A stretch of DNA of 64,000 bases from a virus. The stretch is from IMG/VR virus record IMGVR_UViG_3300027784_000005, positions 1,121 through 65,120 of that record, one strand, 5' to 3'. Made by a program: the position numbers and the translations under genes. The notes beneath the pieces were generated by a model. It saw only the letters and a list, made by a program, of their open reading frames with translations. It was not told the DNA's origin and made no database searches. Within the stretch, counting starts at the first letter, position 1; each line of letters begins with the position of its first letter. Of this stretch, positions 31,901-40,361 are shown in pieces.

Positions 31901-32293
31901 ATAAAACTCAATTTCCCTGGTAAGAAATTATCAAAAGATTCTTCTTCAATGTACACCCTATCTAATACCAAATCAATTCGAAGATGGGGTGAACATGAAC
32001 ATACAATCCCAGATAACCGATTTATAGAACATGAAGATGCAATGGAGATTGTTAGGAGAGTTATTAAGGATTTTGCTGAGCCCGGATTAGATTTAACCAT
32101 TAGTCTTCCTTATAGACCTGATATTGGTTTTGTTACTTTGAATGACCAAGATCTTCAAGAAATAGAGGTAATTGATCCTCAGATGTTCGGGTCTATGCCT
32201 GGCTTCAAGGTAAGTGGGGTAGTTAAGTCTCACGAATTAGACTTGGGCCGTAAGATAATGGAAATAAAAATTACTTCGAAACAAAAATACTGA
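26000..32293 (+). CDS. large tail hub/adhesion protein (Tal-like) with BNR/Asp-box beta-propeller inserts
   Basis: Repeats YRTTDGGESW, FQTQDGGTSW, YKTTDSGGSW, WKTTNGGDSW, VSEDGGNNW; hub-like segments ADFSDLKVWDAIQKLA and SIRRWG. Confidence 0.7.
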   Translation: MSIPKDNPSQARFWDRFVTEEFKTVDNFKAKFGPTEGGGSNSWPNRRVKISAQITDREDKVFIKDIAVFYISKVLTSSDDNNATLQLHALHKPLQKANAEKIKNSGQWWENVPISFLINKLLEFVYKGPDGMLPEEYMVSRQDLSSELAQEDLRYWNLGVPPNWDGQTFTPSINANPITSMIDIPESDNIVVGLGGFNGYKAELWIYNTTEDTWSFIASNEDFEGPIQSLTYNPHDGLVYGVCWQDKASDVSSIEASNLEWIAPEAKLFWRNPLLIEAEYLDDNSKSTTIPNLFPGQWEIREMFPLDSDSSLPYNTKTPGESQSFDKSDFKASVGNFEGIEHIRASLPLPYFGDVDRFPLVKNKNFDYEKETYGGELFPRGDYKLTEQAVTTWLEPAEDNVSYFNDDIILTSTGWSNPDVTNNIFSISMGASLVIKSKDVDPTFNYRIYVEGFGCSSTDEVEFYIVGHYVDTQGTIIDNTQLTPSISINEADGFHFVQCPVIDGHQGTFNLAIMIFNGTGDYPTVTIGDISFTTCTHWKLDEYVDLQAGENIPITHYSKIVAGVYNNKATNAGDTGPKYNFFNDRIGSPFQVRDLKLESVFFLSGQSSDVGWVTDDNGHIYRTTDGGESWNDSGNTVQSRKIFSSHFFNANVGFIVGESKDGDSSLHKSENASSANPSWIQKSIDGLSRDVYKIRFLDSNNGWLVGAKGNVFQTQDGGTSWFPRLSDSKESMRDLHIFNSTSVIVCRDARNHALVTYKTTDSGGSWDKVEVPVFYPVSGESLIGISFIDDDTGYLGGNLLTYTTYNQRIGTRFEIWKTTNGGDSWVKFSEVATISNNYRMTDFRFLNSTLGLFCTSHGHIYLYNPSNDEFDLVYNDTQDRAFREIFIKDSNNIIIVGHGSLMAVSEDGGNNWEVTGEGWRAEEVSLDFNLIAQNRKKLSKDKLGAFNPLYGPSGGEKGISSDNSIRNLIAHSFDFDLPVNDVVIKDLAPSFNYVEKKSQAWVGNSSLFANDEDFRTGEAGNGYLSVIARAIGNRAGDPDNSLRPLKGIVRYTNGQEGFFELAKTANQGKGVILFCQDKSDNPGVNSRYRWGPGGDNNRFKTKLVAFDCETKATHDIMDLETNYSPNPNTLYDESTQTLTPIAGAVNGAKVYISLVANPTYTKKFNGGNEHEITGPNFIYEVDLKEGSFSVNNIDTKTIYDSRKDQSLYNTRNNEEGELIFSGNVNNTYASLNQTDEPGPQNRSRKITHLFYSQYYGKLFGSGFRKDSLLSTSNEQGLTVPCHEVFYLNPDYDNQLIIVDHDVQDGINADSIKFTGFSEHQDRLWYFRLSCPTINPHRYYNLGKGVRVNYYTEENGIREGGLFWDEKSIANSRTLKEDQRFISHNQSITSLVSPNQEIERNTIFSSFDYYFRRGDLSQQTLDEIVGRPRLFFKLDSYGLDRRIELADFSDLKVWDAIQKLANAHNLVFGFNRDKFFVTPRDKTLKTISLNSLKGDIKSINKEVSDDIHNIVSASAYSPQLKEVEWEVSHVGSDDRNRAHDLEDDRLFNGELSVNINTDEVSKITMICTKRGRLLTAGFDEESSEIGDANDDIWDSAFRNPPLFKWLTHLPSVEVVLMQTLSSDERQLLLNTTYQGSPRAIQRGDILIFTDQETLEPVGKLIEEIDFVQNRIILEEPLGFSVEKFSNLSIIRANTGSDTSGPPNFNSTVTEWGKKYSDEGLAVIKDIRRGRIAGGKPSNKVIQIKSFTYLPSSRLVSFIFEKNHELSKGDSFTITKTGDPDFDWAGEYTVSEASDRSVRSLVNIEDTHGSFSNFNKKVEVYLRTDTFETPMSGTIIRLNNLNSFRGVRIKPYGQDYKHFNFLITTLQSESLSRTSLPNTNKEVDEIVNVPIAYIHGIDFNSMEIDLGPGDYSDVFQKGDVINGHYIMSPTADKHDIPPYMGLSQTLPGGLGNWRWIAEADTDLFNVGDIIKLNFPGKKLSKDSSSMYTLSNTKSIRRWGEHEHTIPDNRFIEHEDAMEIVRRVIKDFAEPGLDLTISLPYRPDIGFVTLNDQDLQEIEVIDPQMFGSMPGFKVSGVVKSHELDLGRKIMEIKITSKQKY

Positions 32294-32297
32294 TATT

Positions 32298-32813
32298 ATG
32301 AAAAGCAGAACTTGGGATCATTTTGTACCAAATAAATCTAGGGTAGTACCCGATGCCTTTTTTGGTTGTGCTCACCCATATTTTAACCGCCTAGAGCCGA
32401 ATAAAACCTTTACCGGAGTAACTTATGCTATTGATGTAAGTGGGAGTAGTCCAGATCATACTGGTTGGGATCATTTTTTAGGTATATATTATAAAAGAGA
32501 CTTTCAAGGGGAGATAAAATTCACGGAAACAAAAGCTTTAGTTAAACGAAATATAGCCCCCGGAAGGTATCAATTCTTATTCCACTTCTACCATTTCTTT
32601 GAACCAATCAGTGAGAGTGACTTTGAGGCGACGTTATTTAATCACCCAGATGAAAATGATATTTATTTTTATATACGGCCCTATTTAATTAATCCAGACG
32701 ACCGTAGGATATTTTATTTATGGGATAGGGATACTGCCGAGGTTGGCTCAAAAGGTTTTCCGATAGGCGACCCGAGTCTTTTAACTGGCCTTAAACCTTT
32801 TATTAAAGATTAA
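32298..32813 (+). CDS. hypothetical protein (last gene of the tail operon)
   Basis: 171-aa ORF converging on the - strand lysis genes. Confidence 0.6.
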   Translation: MKSRTWDHFVPNKSRVVPDAFFGCAHPYFNRLEPNKTFTGVTYAIDVSGSSPDHTGWDHFLGIYYKRDFQGEIKFTETKALVKRNIAPGRYQFLFHFYHFFEPISESDFEATLFNHPDENDIYFYIRPYLINPDDRRIFYLWDRDTAEVGSKGFPIGDPSLLTGLKPFIKD

Positions 32814-33184
32814 TTAAAAAATACTACCCCTATTATGATACCAATTAATACTCCAGTACCTGTGCGTCTAATATTTTGAGTATTAAAAAAACCCCCTCTA
32901 TTATCAATTTCCTCATAAAGGCCGTCAATTTCAGTCTCTAAAATATCTATTCTATGCTCATATAGAGTATTTAAAGAATCACATAATTGTAATTGATAAG
33001 AGACATGTTTTAATGTGTCACTATCTTGTTTCCAATAGATAACTTGTTGGGCCTGGGCAGGAGTAAATATAAATACGTTTGTCGTATCATTTTGATATAC
33101 ATGTCCTTGAGGTAAAAGATCTTGGGCTTCACAAGGAATAATATTAATCAAACATATCACGCAGAGCACTAAGGATTTCTTCAT
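32810..33184 (-). CDS. secreted protein with a C-terminal TM segment, putative outer spanin-like component
   Basis: Signal-peptide-like N-terminus, coiled coil and hydrophobic C-terminus; overlaps the upstream gene. Confidence 0.45.
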   Translation of the reverse strand: MKKSLVLCVICLINIIPCEAQDLLPQGHVYQNDTTNVFIFTPAQAQQVIYWKQDSDTLKHVSYQLQLCDSLNTLYEHRIDILETEIDGLYEEIDNRGGFFNTQNIRRTGTGVLIGIIIGVVFFN

Positions 33185-33488
33185 CTCTTTTGATATCGGG
33201 GTTTTTGTTGATTTTATTAAGATTCTTCTGCCTCTCCTTAATCTTATCGTTGTATTGATTATTTATCTTTATTTGATCTTCTTGATCTAAAGCTAAATAA
33301 GAATAATTTTCTCTTTTTTCTTTAATTCTTTTAATATCTTTATCATTAGTATCTAACTTCTCTTTGAGAAGCTCCCTCCTTTTCTCCATAAGTTTTTTAA
33401 GATTCCTTCTATTACCAAACTTATAGGATATAAAAATAAGGGCTGCTATAAACAGCCCTTTAATGAAAAATTTAATTTTATCCTTCAT
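33144..33488 (-). CDS. putative inner-membrane spanin (Rz-like)
   Basis: N-terminal TM plus a long coiled coil, immediately after the holin. Confidence 0.5.
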   Translation of the reverse strand: MKDKIKFFIKGLFIAALIFISYKFGNRRNLKKLMEKRRELLKEKLDTNDKDIKRIKEKRENYSYLALDQEDQIKINNQYNDKIKERQKNLNKINKNPDIKRDEEILSALRDMFD

Positions 33489-33709
33489 TGTTTTACTTTT
33501 TCATTTGGTAAACTGAATTTATCTTTAAAAATATCTACCAAAGATTGGTCAGTGATATATGCAACAGCTATTATTACAATACTGTAAGTAATCCGCGTTG
33601 CTGCGTCAGGGTCTAGTCCAAAAGTGTTAGTTAATACAACGGCTACACTACTTACTATTGCTACCCAGAACTTACGAGAAGTTAATCTATCTTTTATATT
33701 ATCCCACAT
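33485..33709 (-). CDS. holin
   Basis: 74 aa, LTSRKFWVAIV motif, two TM helices, charged C-tail. Confidence 0.7.
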   Translation of the reverse strand: MWDNIKDRLTSRKFWVAIVSSVAVVLTNTFGLDPDAATRITYSIVIIAVAYITDQSLVDIFKDKFSLPNEKVKQ

Positions 33710-33721
33710 ATTGAGCTCTAT

Positions 33722-34009
33722 TTAAGTGAAGTGTTTTCTTGTTGATGGGTACGACTTTAGAAGTTTCTCTAAAGAAGATCTATAGATAAAATAATCCCCT
33801 TTGTTATTAATACGTGCCCATACATTAGCCTTTAATCCTTGATAAATTATAAGGCTCTGGGAGTTATTTATCTTAGCTACTTTACAACAGAGTCTTTTTC
33901 CTTTCTCTGAAGTTAATGCTTTTTGAATGTCTTTAATCAGCTCTTGAAAATCTACCGTAGCATCTTTTTGTTTGACTCCGGTGGGTTCGCTGTTTTCAAA
34001 TGTATCCAT
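33722..34009 (-). CDS. hypothetical protein
   Basis: 95-aa ORF in the operon. Confidence 0.6.
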   Translation of the reverse strand: MDTFENSEPTGVKQKDATVDFQELIKDIQKALTSEKGKRLCCKVAKINNSQSLIIYQGLKANVWARINNKGDYFIYRSSLEKLLKSYPSTRKHFT

Positions 34010-34021
34010 TTTTATTATGCT

Positions 34022-36133
34022 TTAAGTTTGCTTTACTGTTGTAATACCGTCCTCTTTTATAAAATTAATAACGTTTGAAAATCTATTCTTTAGTGAACTG
34101 TCGTGACTTATAATTAATTTAAGTCCTGAGATCTCATTTAGCAAACTAAAAAACTCGTTGATCCCTGTCTCATCTAAGCTATCAACTATCTCATCTATTA
34201 ATAGAAAATCAAAAGCATTATAGCCTTTGTTAAGAGTTAGCTCCCTTAAAGCAAAGCCTGTACAGATACCAATCCTTTTTGATTCTCCTTGAGAGAAGGT
34301 TTCAAAATCCCGTTTATAATTATTCTCATCCATAATAGAGATATCAAAAGCCTCTCTAAACTCTCCTTTCTTAGATTTCTTGGCTTTTAGAGTATCGAAA
34401 TATACTCTGAGACCCACTTCTAATTTAGATAAGAAATGATTTGTTTGTTCTTCAAAAGAGGGGAGGAAACTATTAATCATCCACCTCTTAATTTCAGGAA
34501 ACCCATTTTTCCAGAAATTATATTTCTCAATTTGTTTCGATAGTTTTTCAATCTCTGACTTTATCTCTTTTTCTTTCTTTTGATCTTTTTTAATGCTATC
34601 AATGATATACTCATTCCGTGATATATTATCCCTTTTCTCTTTAATCTTTTTATCTTTAACATCGATAGAACTTTCAATGTCTCCCCTTAGGGATATATCG
34701 ACTTCAGGTAATTTTTTGAGTTTAAATTCTAATTGAGTTTTCTTACTTTTTAGTTTTTTGACTCTTTCTTGGTTTTTCTCTTCTTGAGCCGATAATCTTT
34801 CTTCTTTCTCCTCAATTTTTTTGGGAATATTTGATAATTCTTTCTCACGGGATTTTAGATTTTTTAATTCAATTGATACCTTGTTAATATTACTTATCTC
34901 TTCTTCAAGGATTTTATTTTTATCCTCAAGCTCTTCTATCTTTGTTTCAACCTCTTTAATTTCTTTTGATAATTTCTTAATAGATTTTTTAATTTCTGTT
35001 TTATCTAAGGGAAGGAGTTCATCATCCTTTATCATCAAAGAAGCCCCACAATCAGGACAATTAATTTCTTTTTCTAATTGATCAGATAAAGAGTTTTCTT
35101 TAGAATTAAGGGTGTTTAGTTTTTTATACCCCTTTTTAATGATTTCACCTAATTTATATTTATTATCCTTAAGTTTCTGTTCTTCTTTATCATCAATTTT
35201 TTCTTCTAACTCCTTAATCTTTTCTGATATCTTTGATTTCTTATGTTTTTGATTTTTAAGGTCTTCTATAGACTCTTCAATCTGTTCTTTATAATCTTCG
35301 AATTGGGATTCTGTTTGTTTAATAAGGGCTTCTACATCTTCAATATTAGTAATAACCTCTTCTCTTTCTATAATAGAAGTTAGCTTATTTTTTAAACTGT
35401 CAATGTCTGCTTCAAACTCAATAATATCGGAACGGTCTTGAGAGATTTGGCCTTTTAATGTATTCTCATCATTATCAGATTGAAGCCTCTCTTGAATCTG
35501 CTCTAATTGACCTTCAGATATTGATTTTTCTCCCTCCAGGTTAGATATTTTAGTTTTACAATAAGAGGTGGCTCTATCCAATACCTCTCCTCTTAAAAAC
35601 CTATTGATAAGGTCCATTCTATCTTTAGAAGAACTTTTTTTCCCAGCAAAAGCTTTTAGAGCATCAATACTAAAATAAGTAGTATTTAAGAAATCATTAT
35701 AATAATCCTTATTATTTTCTAATATCCCAAAATGATTAAGAATGGCCATCTGGGTTTGAGAATAAGTCCTTTTAGTAAAATCTTCCTCTCCTATCTTAAA
35801 TATAGCTTCTGAACTATTCCCTCTATTTCTACTTTTTTGAATGAACAATTCATTGCCATCTCTATCATCAAATATACCAGCAACTTTTGTAAAATCTGTT
35901 CCTTCCCTGATGACTTCGTCAGTCGGTCGTCCATTGGGGGTATGATCTAATAATAACCAAGATAAAGCATTAAACATTTGAGTTTTACCCGACCCATTAG
36001 AATCAGCCCCCGCGGTATCTTTATTATCTCCTATAATTAATACATGATCATTAGACTCATATCTAGTGAAGTCAACTTTTTGTTTTTCACCAAAGGGTCC
36101 GAAGTTAGTAAGGCTAAGTGATTTTAATCTCAT
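34022..36133 (-). CDS. sbcC: SbcC/Rad50/T4 gp46-like ATPase
   Basis: Walker A NGSGKT, CPDC hook, signature FSQGE, Walker B LLIDE, coiled coils. Confidence 0.9.
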   Translation of the reverse strand: MRLKSLSLTNFGPFGEKQKVDFTRYESNDHVLIIGDNKDTAGADSNGSGKTQMFNALSWLLLDHTPNGRPTDEVIREGTDFTKVAGIFDDRDGNELFIQKSRNRGNSSEAIFKIGEEDFTKRTYSQTQMAILNHFGILENNKDYYNDFLNTTYFSIDALKAFAGKKSSSKDRMDLINRFLRGEVLDRATSYCKTKISNLEGEKSISEGQLEQIQERLQSDNDENTLKGQISQDRSDIIEFEADIDSLKNKLTSIIEREEVITNIEDVEALIKQTESQFEDYKEQIEESIEDLKNQKHKKSKISEKIKELEEKIDDKEEQKLKDNKYKLGEIIKKGYKKLNTLNSKENSLSDQLEKEINCPDCGASLMIKDDELLPLDKTEIKKSIKKLSKEIKEVETKIEELEDKNKILEEEISNINKVSIELKNLKSREKELSNIPKKIEEKEERLSAQEEKNQERVKKLKSKKTQLEFKLKKLPEVDISLRGDIESSIDVKDKKIKEKRDNISRNEYIIDSIKKDQKKEKEIKSEIEKLSKQIEKYNFWKNGFPEIKRWMINSFLPSFEEQTNHFLSKLEVGLRVYFDTLKAKKSKKGEFREAFDISIMDENNYKRDFETFSQGESKRIGICTGFALRELTLNKGYNAFDFLLIDEIVDSLDETGINEFFSLLNEISGLKLIISHDSSLKNRFSNVINFIKEDGITTVKQT

Positions 36134-36187
36134 TTTTATCTGTTAAATTCTTTGTAATTAAGGCTTCCTACTTACTAAATTATTTGT

Positions 36188-37252
36188 TTATAGAACCTCG
36201 TTTATTATTTCTTCCCCAAGCTTTAACATACTCTTCTTATTCTTCTCTTCCGTATAATACTCAAGGCCCTCTTTCCAATTGGAAGAGATATCAACTTCCA
36301 TAGAATTATCTTTTGTTATTCCCGGCCTTTTATGATCAATAAAAATCCGATTAGCTTTTAATACATCTAATACTTTATGTCGAATCTCGGTGATATTAAA
36401 AGATAAATACCAATCTTCGGATCCATGGAAAATAATCTTAACTATATTACCTTCTAGACTATCCCATTTATATAGCTCATCAAAAGAGGGATCATCCTGT
36501 TCACTGACTGTATATTGAAAAAAAGTTCTATCCGATATATCAATGAATTTTGATTTAACTTTCTTATCCTTTACTTTGATGTGTAAAAACCCCTTTGGAT
36601 CATTTCTTTCCCCAAAATCAGCCCTGGCTATACTTCCGAGATACATAAATTTATTAGTATGTTGATAGCGGTGATAATGTCCTAAGAATGTATATGCATG
36701 ATTATCAAAGAGTTTTTGAGAAACTCCTTTGTCAAGAATAAATTCAGACCCAGAGGCTAGAGCACCCTGTACCCCAAAATGACCTAATACAATCTTACCT
36801 GTAGTCTTATTTAATTCTTTTGAAATGTTTTCACTTTTATCCCAAGGTAGAATAAGAAACTCAACCCCTTTCATCTCTAATTCCGATGCTTTTTCAAAAA
36901 TCATTAAATCATCTGACCTAAGAGTTTGAAGTAATATATCATCAGCCATTAAGCTATATACATTCCCATCCGTATCATGGTTTCCGATAATAATTACGAT
37001 GGGGATTTTTCCAATCAAGGGTTTAATAACCCCTAAGAATTTATCTCTTAAATATTCAGACGGATTGATTTTATCATATACGTCTCCGAAATGGACAAAT
37101 AAATCAACATCATTTTTTAAAGCATATTTAACTGCTTTATCAATAGCAGCTATCTTATCTTTAAGACGGGAATTAATTCCCTCTGGCAATGATTTACCAT
37201 ATTTTTCTGTAGCCTTTAAGTGGGTATCGGCTATCCCTACGATATCTAACAT
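36188..37252 (-). CDS. sbcD: SbcD/Mre11/T4 gp47-like nuclease
   Basis: DTH, GDVYD, GNHD, GHF, GHYH metallophosphoesterase motifs. Confidence 0.9.
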   Translation of the reverse strand: MLDIVGIADTHLKATEKYGKSLPEGINSRLKDKIAAIDKAVKYALKNDVDLFVHFGDVYDKINPSEYLRDKFLGVIKPLIGKIPIVIIIGNHDTDGNVYSLMADDILLQTLRSDDLMIFEKASELEMKGVEFLILPWDKSENISKELNKTTGKIVLGHFGVQGALASGSEFILDKGVSQKLFDNHAYTFLGHYHRYQHTNKFMYLGSIARADFGERNDPKGFLHIKVKDKKVKSKFIDISDRTFFQYTVSEQDDPSFDELYKWDSLEGNIVKIIFHGSEDWYLSFNITEIRHKVLDVLKANRIFIDHKRPGITKDNSMEVDISSNWKEGLEYYTEEKNKKSMLKLGEEIINEVL

Positions 37253-37548
37253 TAAAAATCTTCCTCTGGATATAATTCATTCATAATTTCTTGTACCTTC
37301 TTTTCAGATGCCTCCATTAAACTATCAATATATTCACTATCAAAAGGATTCTCGAATTTTTCATAATTTGGATATATATAATAAGGATCTGAGGCTCTAC
37401 TAAACCAATAACTACTCCAGGTATAAGGAGTCTCTGTGGTAATAATAAACTGGGACCTAATACCCGTTGAACTACCATAATGTGTAGTTTGAGGCTGGGC
37501 CCCAGTTAAAATAAAAAGAAGTATAATATATAGAGGAATCTTTTTCAT
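37252..37548 (-). CDS. hypothetical exported protein
   Basis: N-terminal signal-like segment MKKIPLYIILLFILTG. Confidence 0.55.
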   Translation of the reverse strand: MKKIPLYIILLFILTGAQPQTTHYGSSTGIRSQFIITTETPYTWSSYWFSRASDPYYIYPNYEKFENPFDSEYIDSLMEASEKKVQEIMNELYPEEDF

Positions 37549-37672
37549 GGTTTTAATATTCTTATTGTTAATTCAATATTAATATAAATCAAAGAGATTC
37601 TATTTTTTATACTTCTTATCAAAGGTTTAATTATATTAATAAGAGTTATTTGTTATTATTTTGGCTATATCT

Positions 37673-38611
37673 TTATCCATCTTCCTCTTCTTCGTATTCA
37701 ACTTCAATGTCGTTACCTTCAACTTTAACTCCTCCGTCCCTCATCATCTTAATTTTACATTTACCATAAGGGGGAGCTAATTTATTTTTAGCAGCCTGTA
37801 CCCTGCTTATTATAAAATCATGGATACCGTCTTCATCTTTATTTTTTGATTTAGATGATTCTTCCATCCCAATCCTTATAGAACTAGCAAAATGTAATCC
37901 CTTGCCTCCGGGGGTAGTTGTGGGATTACCAAACATCACCCCAATCTTATCTTTAGCATGATTGATAAATATAAGACAGGTTTTTTTGTTTCGAAGTTTA
38001 TGGATTTTTTCCCCTGTGTTAGGGCATTCTATGAATTTTTTAGAACCTTTACTAGTTCTCATAGAAAAACCTCCCCCGATATCAGAAAAGAATTGAGACA
38101 TCATGTTTGCTCTCTCTAATTTTTCTCTCATATTTGGATCTTTATCTTCTTTTGTTTCTGAGCCCATTTCTGGTTGAAGATTAGGAACTGAATCCACAAC
38201 AATAAGGTCTAAGATATCAGAGGCTAATAATTTCTTTATTTGGAATAGGGCTTCATTACCTAAAGAAAACTCTGGGGTGATAAGTTGTTCATTATTAATA
38301 CCACAACCTTGGCCGTAATCAGCTAAATAAGTACCTTCTGCATCAAACAAAGCACAATGCCCACCCTGTCTTTGAACTTCTCCTATCAACCAATAACATA
38401 AAGTTGATTTACCGACCGAGGGGGGAGCATAAATTTCAACTACCCTTCCCCTGGGAAGACCTCCACAACCCATAACAACATGATTTAAAACATTTATGCT
38501 GGTAGGTATTACCCCTATATCAGGGGTTTGATCTGCTGTTCGGCCCCTGTCCCCAAGTAAGGACAGGGCCGATTTAATTGCTTTAGAATTATCGCTTTTC
38601 TTTTTTGCCAT
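37673..38611 (-). CDS. recA: RecA/UvsX recombinase
   Basis: GGLPRGRVVEIY, Walker A PSVGKST, LIVVDSV, TPGGKGLHFASSIR, KNKLAPP. Confidence 0.95.
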   Translation of the reverse strand: MAKKKSDNSKAIKSALSLLGDRGRTADQTPDIGVIPTSINVLNHVVMGCGGLPRGRVVEIYAPPSVGKSTLCYWLIGEVQRQGGHCALFDAEGTYLADYGQGCGINNEQLITPEFSLGNEALFQIKKLLASDILDLIVVDSVPNLQPEMGSETKEDKDPNMREKLERANMMSQFFSDIGGGFSMRTSKGSKKFIECPNTGEKIHKLRNKKTCLIFINHAKDKIGVMFGNPTTTPGGKGLHFASSIRIGMEESSKSKNKDEDGIHDFIISRVQAAKNKLAPPYGKCKIKMMRDGGVKVEGNDIEVEYEEEEDG

Positions 38612-38627
38612 AGTAGTTAATTAAAGA

Positions 38628-39773
38628 TTACCAATCAGGGAATTCTTCTTCCTCTTCTTCCTCTTCTTCTACTTCTTTTTTAGGTTTCTTCTTAGGTTTC
38701 TTCTTTGGTTTTTCTTCTTCCTCTTCTTCCTCTTCTTCCTCTTCTTCTACTTCTTTTTTAGGTTTCTTCTTAGGTTTCTTCTTTGGTTTTTCTTCTTCCT
38801 CTTCTTCCTCTTCTTCAAACTCAATATCCTCTGCATCATCGGATTCTTCTTCTTCCTTTTCATCCAATTCAACTTCAGAGTTAAGTTCTCCAAATGTCTT
38901 ATCACTTCCACTACCTAAAGCTTTAGTAGCAGGCTTCTTTTTATTATCGGTATAATCAATGCCTACCTCATCCATATATTCTTTAAAATCTTCAATAGCC
39001 GGGAATACATAACTCCCATCTGGATTAGTAGCAGTTAACATAATTGGGTTTTCTTTAAGCCTTTCAGCAATAGCCTCAGGACTATCTGGTTCTCCTTCCT
39101 TCTCCAGATCAACATCCATGTTTTCTATTAATTCCCAATCTTTTTCAGAGAAAAATTTCTCAAATCCACCTAATCTTTCTTCTAACTCATCAGCTGGCAT
39201 CCCAAGAGCTGATACAGGTACTTTACCCGAGTTTTCATTCTCTGGGTCTACCTCTACTTGATATGAAGTACCAAATTGACGGGATTTACCTTTCTCTATA
39301 GTCTTGGTAATAATCAAGTCATACATAAAAATAAGCCCATGCCTTAATTTATTAGGCTTTTTATTTGACTTTGCTGCTTCCAAATCAAGTATCTGTTTAA
39401 ATACCGTCCATGGATATTCAGCAATCTGGATAGAAGGTTCTTCTGCATTCCTATCAATTACTAAATATAACCAGCGGTTTCTAGGAGTTAAACCAGATTT
39501 CGGGTTTTGTTCCCCTTTCTGAGTTCTTACTCTCTTTTCAAATGAGGCAAGTGAATCAAGGATACATCCTTCAGGAGGCCTTTTAATCATCCTTACAGAT
39601 TGTTTAAGTTGACCTGATTCATTATCATGTACTAAAGTTGGGTAGAAGATATTCTGGGTCTTCACCGGGCCGTAAATGACCCGGTGAATGTTTTCCCCAT
39701 CTTCCAACCTAACCTTATCAGTGAAATCGCCTTTTGCTCTTTCTTTTAAATGGGAAGGTTGACCTATTTTCAT
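38628..39773 (-). CDS. single-stranded DNA-binding protein-like, with a repetitive acidic tail
   Basis: Next to recA; aromatic-rich N-domain; E/K block tail ending FPDW. Confidence 0.55.
   Translation of the reverse strand: MKIGQPSHLKERAKGDFTDKVRLEDGENIHRVIYGPVKTQNIFYPTLVHDNESGQLKQSVRMIKRPPEGCILDSLASFEKRVRTQKGEQNPKSGLTPRNRWLYLVIDRNAEEPSIQIAEYPWTVFKQILDLEAAKSNKKPNKLRHGLIFMYDLIITKTIEKGKSRQFGTSYQVEVDPENENSGKVPVSALGMPADELEERLGGFEKFFSEKDWELIENMDVDLEKEGEPDSPEAIAERLKENPIMLTATNPDGSYVFPAIEDFKEYMDEVGIDYTDNKKKPATKALGSGSDKTFGELNSEVELDEKEEEESDDAEDIEFEEEEEEEEEKPKKKPKKKPKKEVEEEEEEEEEEEEKPKKKPKKKPKKEVEEEEEEEEEFPDW
38643..38816. repeat. 78-bp tandem duplication with internal (TTCTTCCTC)n
   Basis: ACTTCTTTTTTAGGTTTC occurs at 38671 and 38749; encodes KPKKKPKKKPKKEV(E)n twice. 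Confidence 0.9.
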
Positions 39774-39777
39774 AATA

Positions 39778-40029
39778 TTATTCTTCTTTTGATTTGCGGG
39801 TGAGAGAAATACTAACTTTACGGAGTTCTTTAGTTAGATTCCTTATTTCCATAATATTGCCTCGGAAACGGCGTCCAGCTTTTGCAACGCCTTTGGTTAT
39901 TTTTTCAATATCATCTTTAGCAGCATAATAAGCTTTATCAAGTTGTTCCATCAACTCAACAAAGGCTTCTTTTCCATCAACTTCTGGTTTAACTTCTTCT
40001 TTTTTGACTTTCTTTTTAGTTTTAGCCAT
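39778..40029 (-). CDS. histone H1-like (Hc1-type) small basic protein, paralog 1
   Basis: IEKITKGVAKAGRRFRGNIMEIRNLTKELR resembles KFxxKGNKAAGTRxRK. Confidence 0.55.
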   Translation of the reverse strand: MAKTKKKVKKEEVKPEVDGKEAFVELMEQLDKAYYAAKDDIEKITKGVAKAGRRFRGNIMEIRNLTKELRKVSISLTRKSKEE

Positions 40030-40031
40030 AC

Positions 40032-40325
40032 TTATTTACCTTTTTTGTTTTTTGATTTAAATACCGGGAATTTCTCTTTTCCCGATACCATTTTTTGAGC
40101 GAAAGCCCAAGTATCTTCCATATCAATTCTATTACTAGAATTGTACAGTTGATTATATAGATGCATATTCCACAATTTTTTAACTTCTCTATATTTTTCT
40201 TGATAAAATTCTTTAATATCAGCTTCTTCAGGGACTTCGTAAGTCATTGAAATACTGGGTTTTATAACTTCATAAGGAGCTAACCGGATAGTCTCTGAGA
40301 TTTCTATATTAATTTGTCTATCCAT
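40032..40325 (-). CDS. hypothetical protein
   Basis: 97-aa ORF. Confidence 0.6.
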   Translation of the reverse strand: MDRQINIEISETIRLAPYEVIKPSISMTYEVPEEADIKEFYQEKYREVKKLWNMHLYNQLYNSSNRIDMEDTWAFAQKMVSGKEKFPVFKSKNKKGK

Positions 40326-40361
40326 TTTATTTTTAATATAAGCTTAAAATTCAAAGCTCTT

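Noticed and set aside
38643-38816. Repeat array as a CRISPR or mobile element
   Set aside because: In-frame low-complexity coding repeat with no unique spacers and no cas genes
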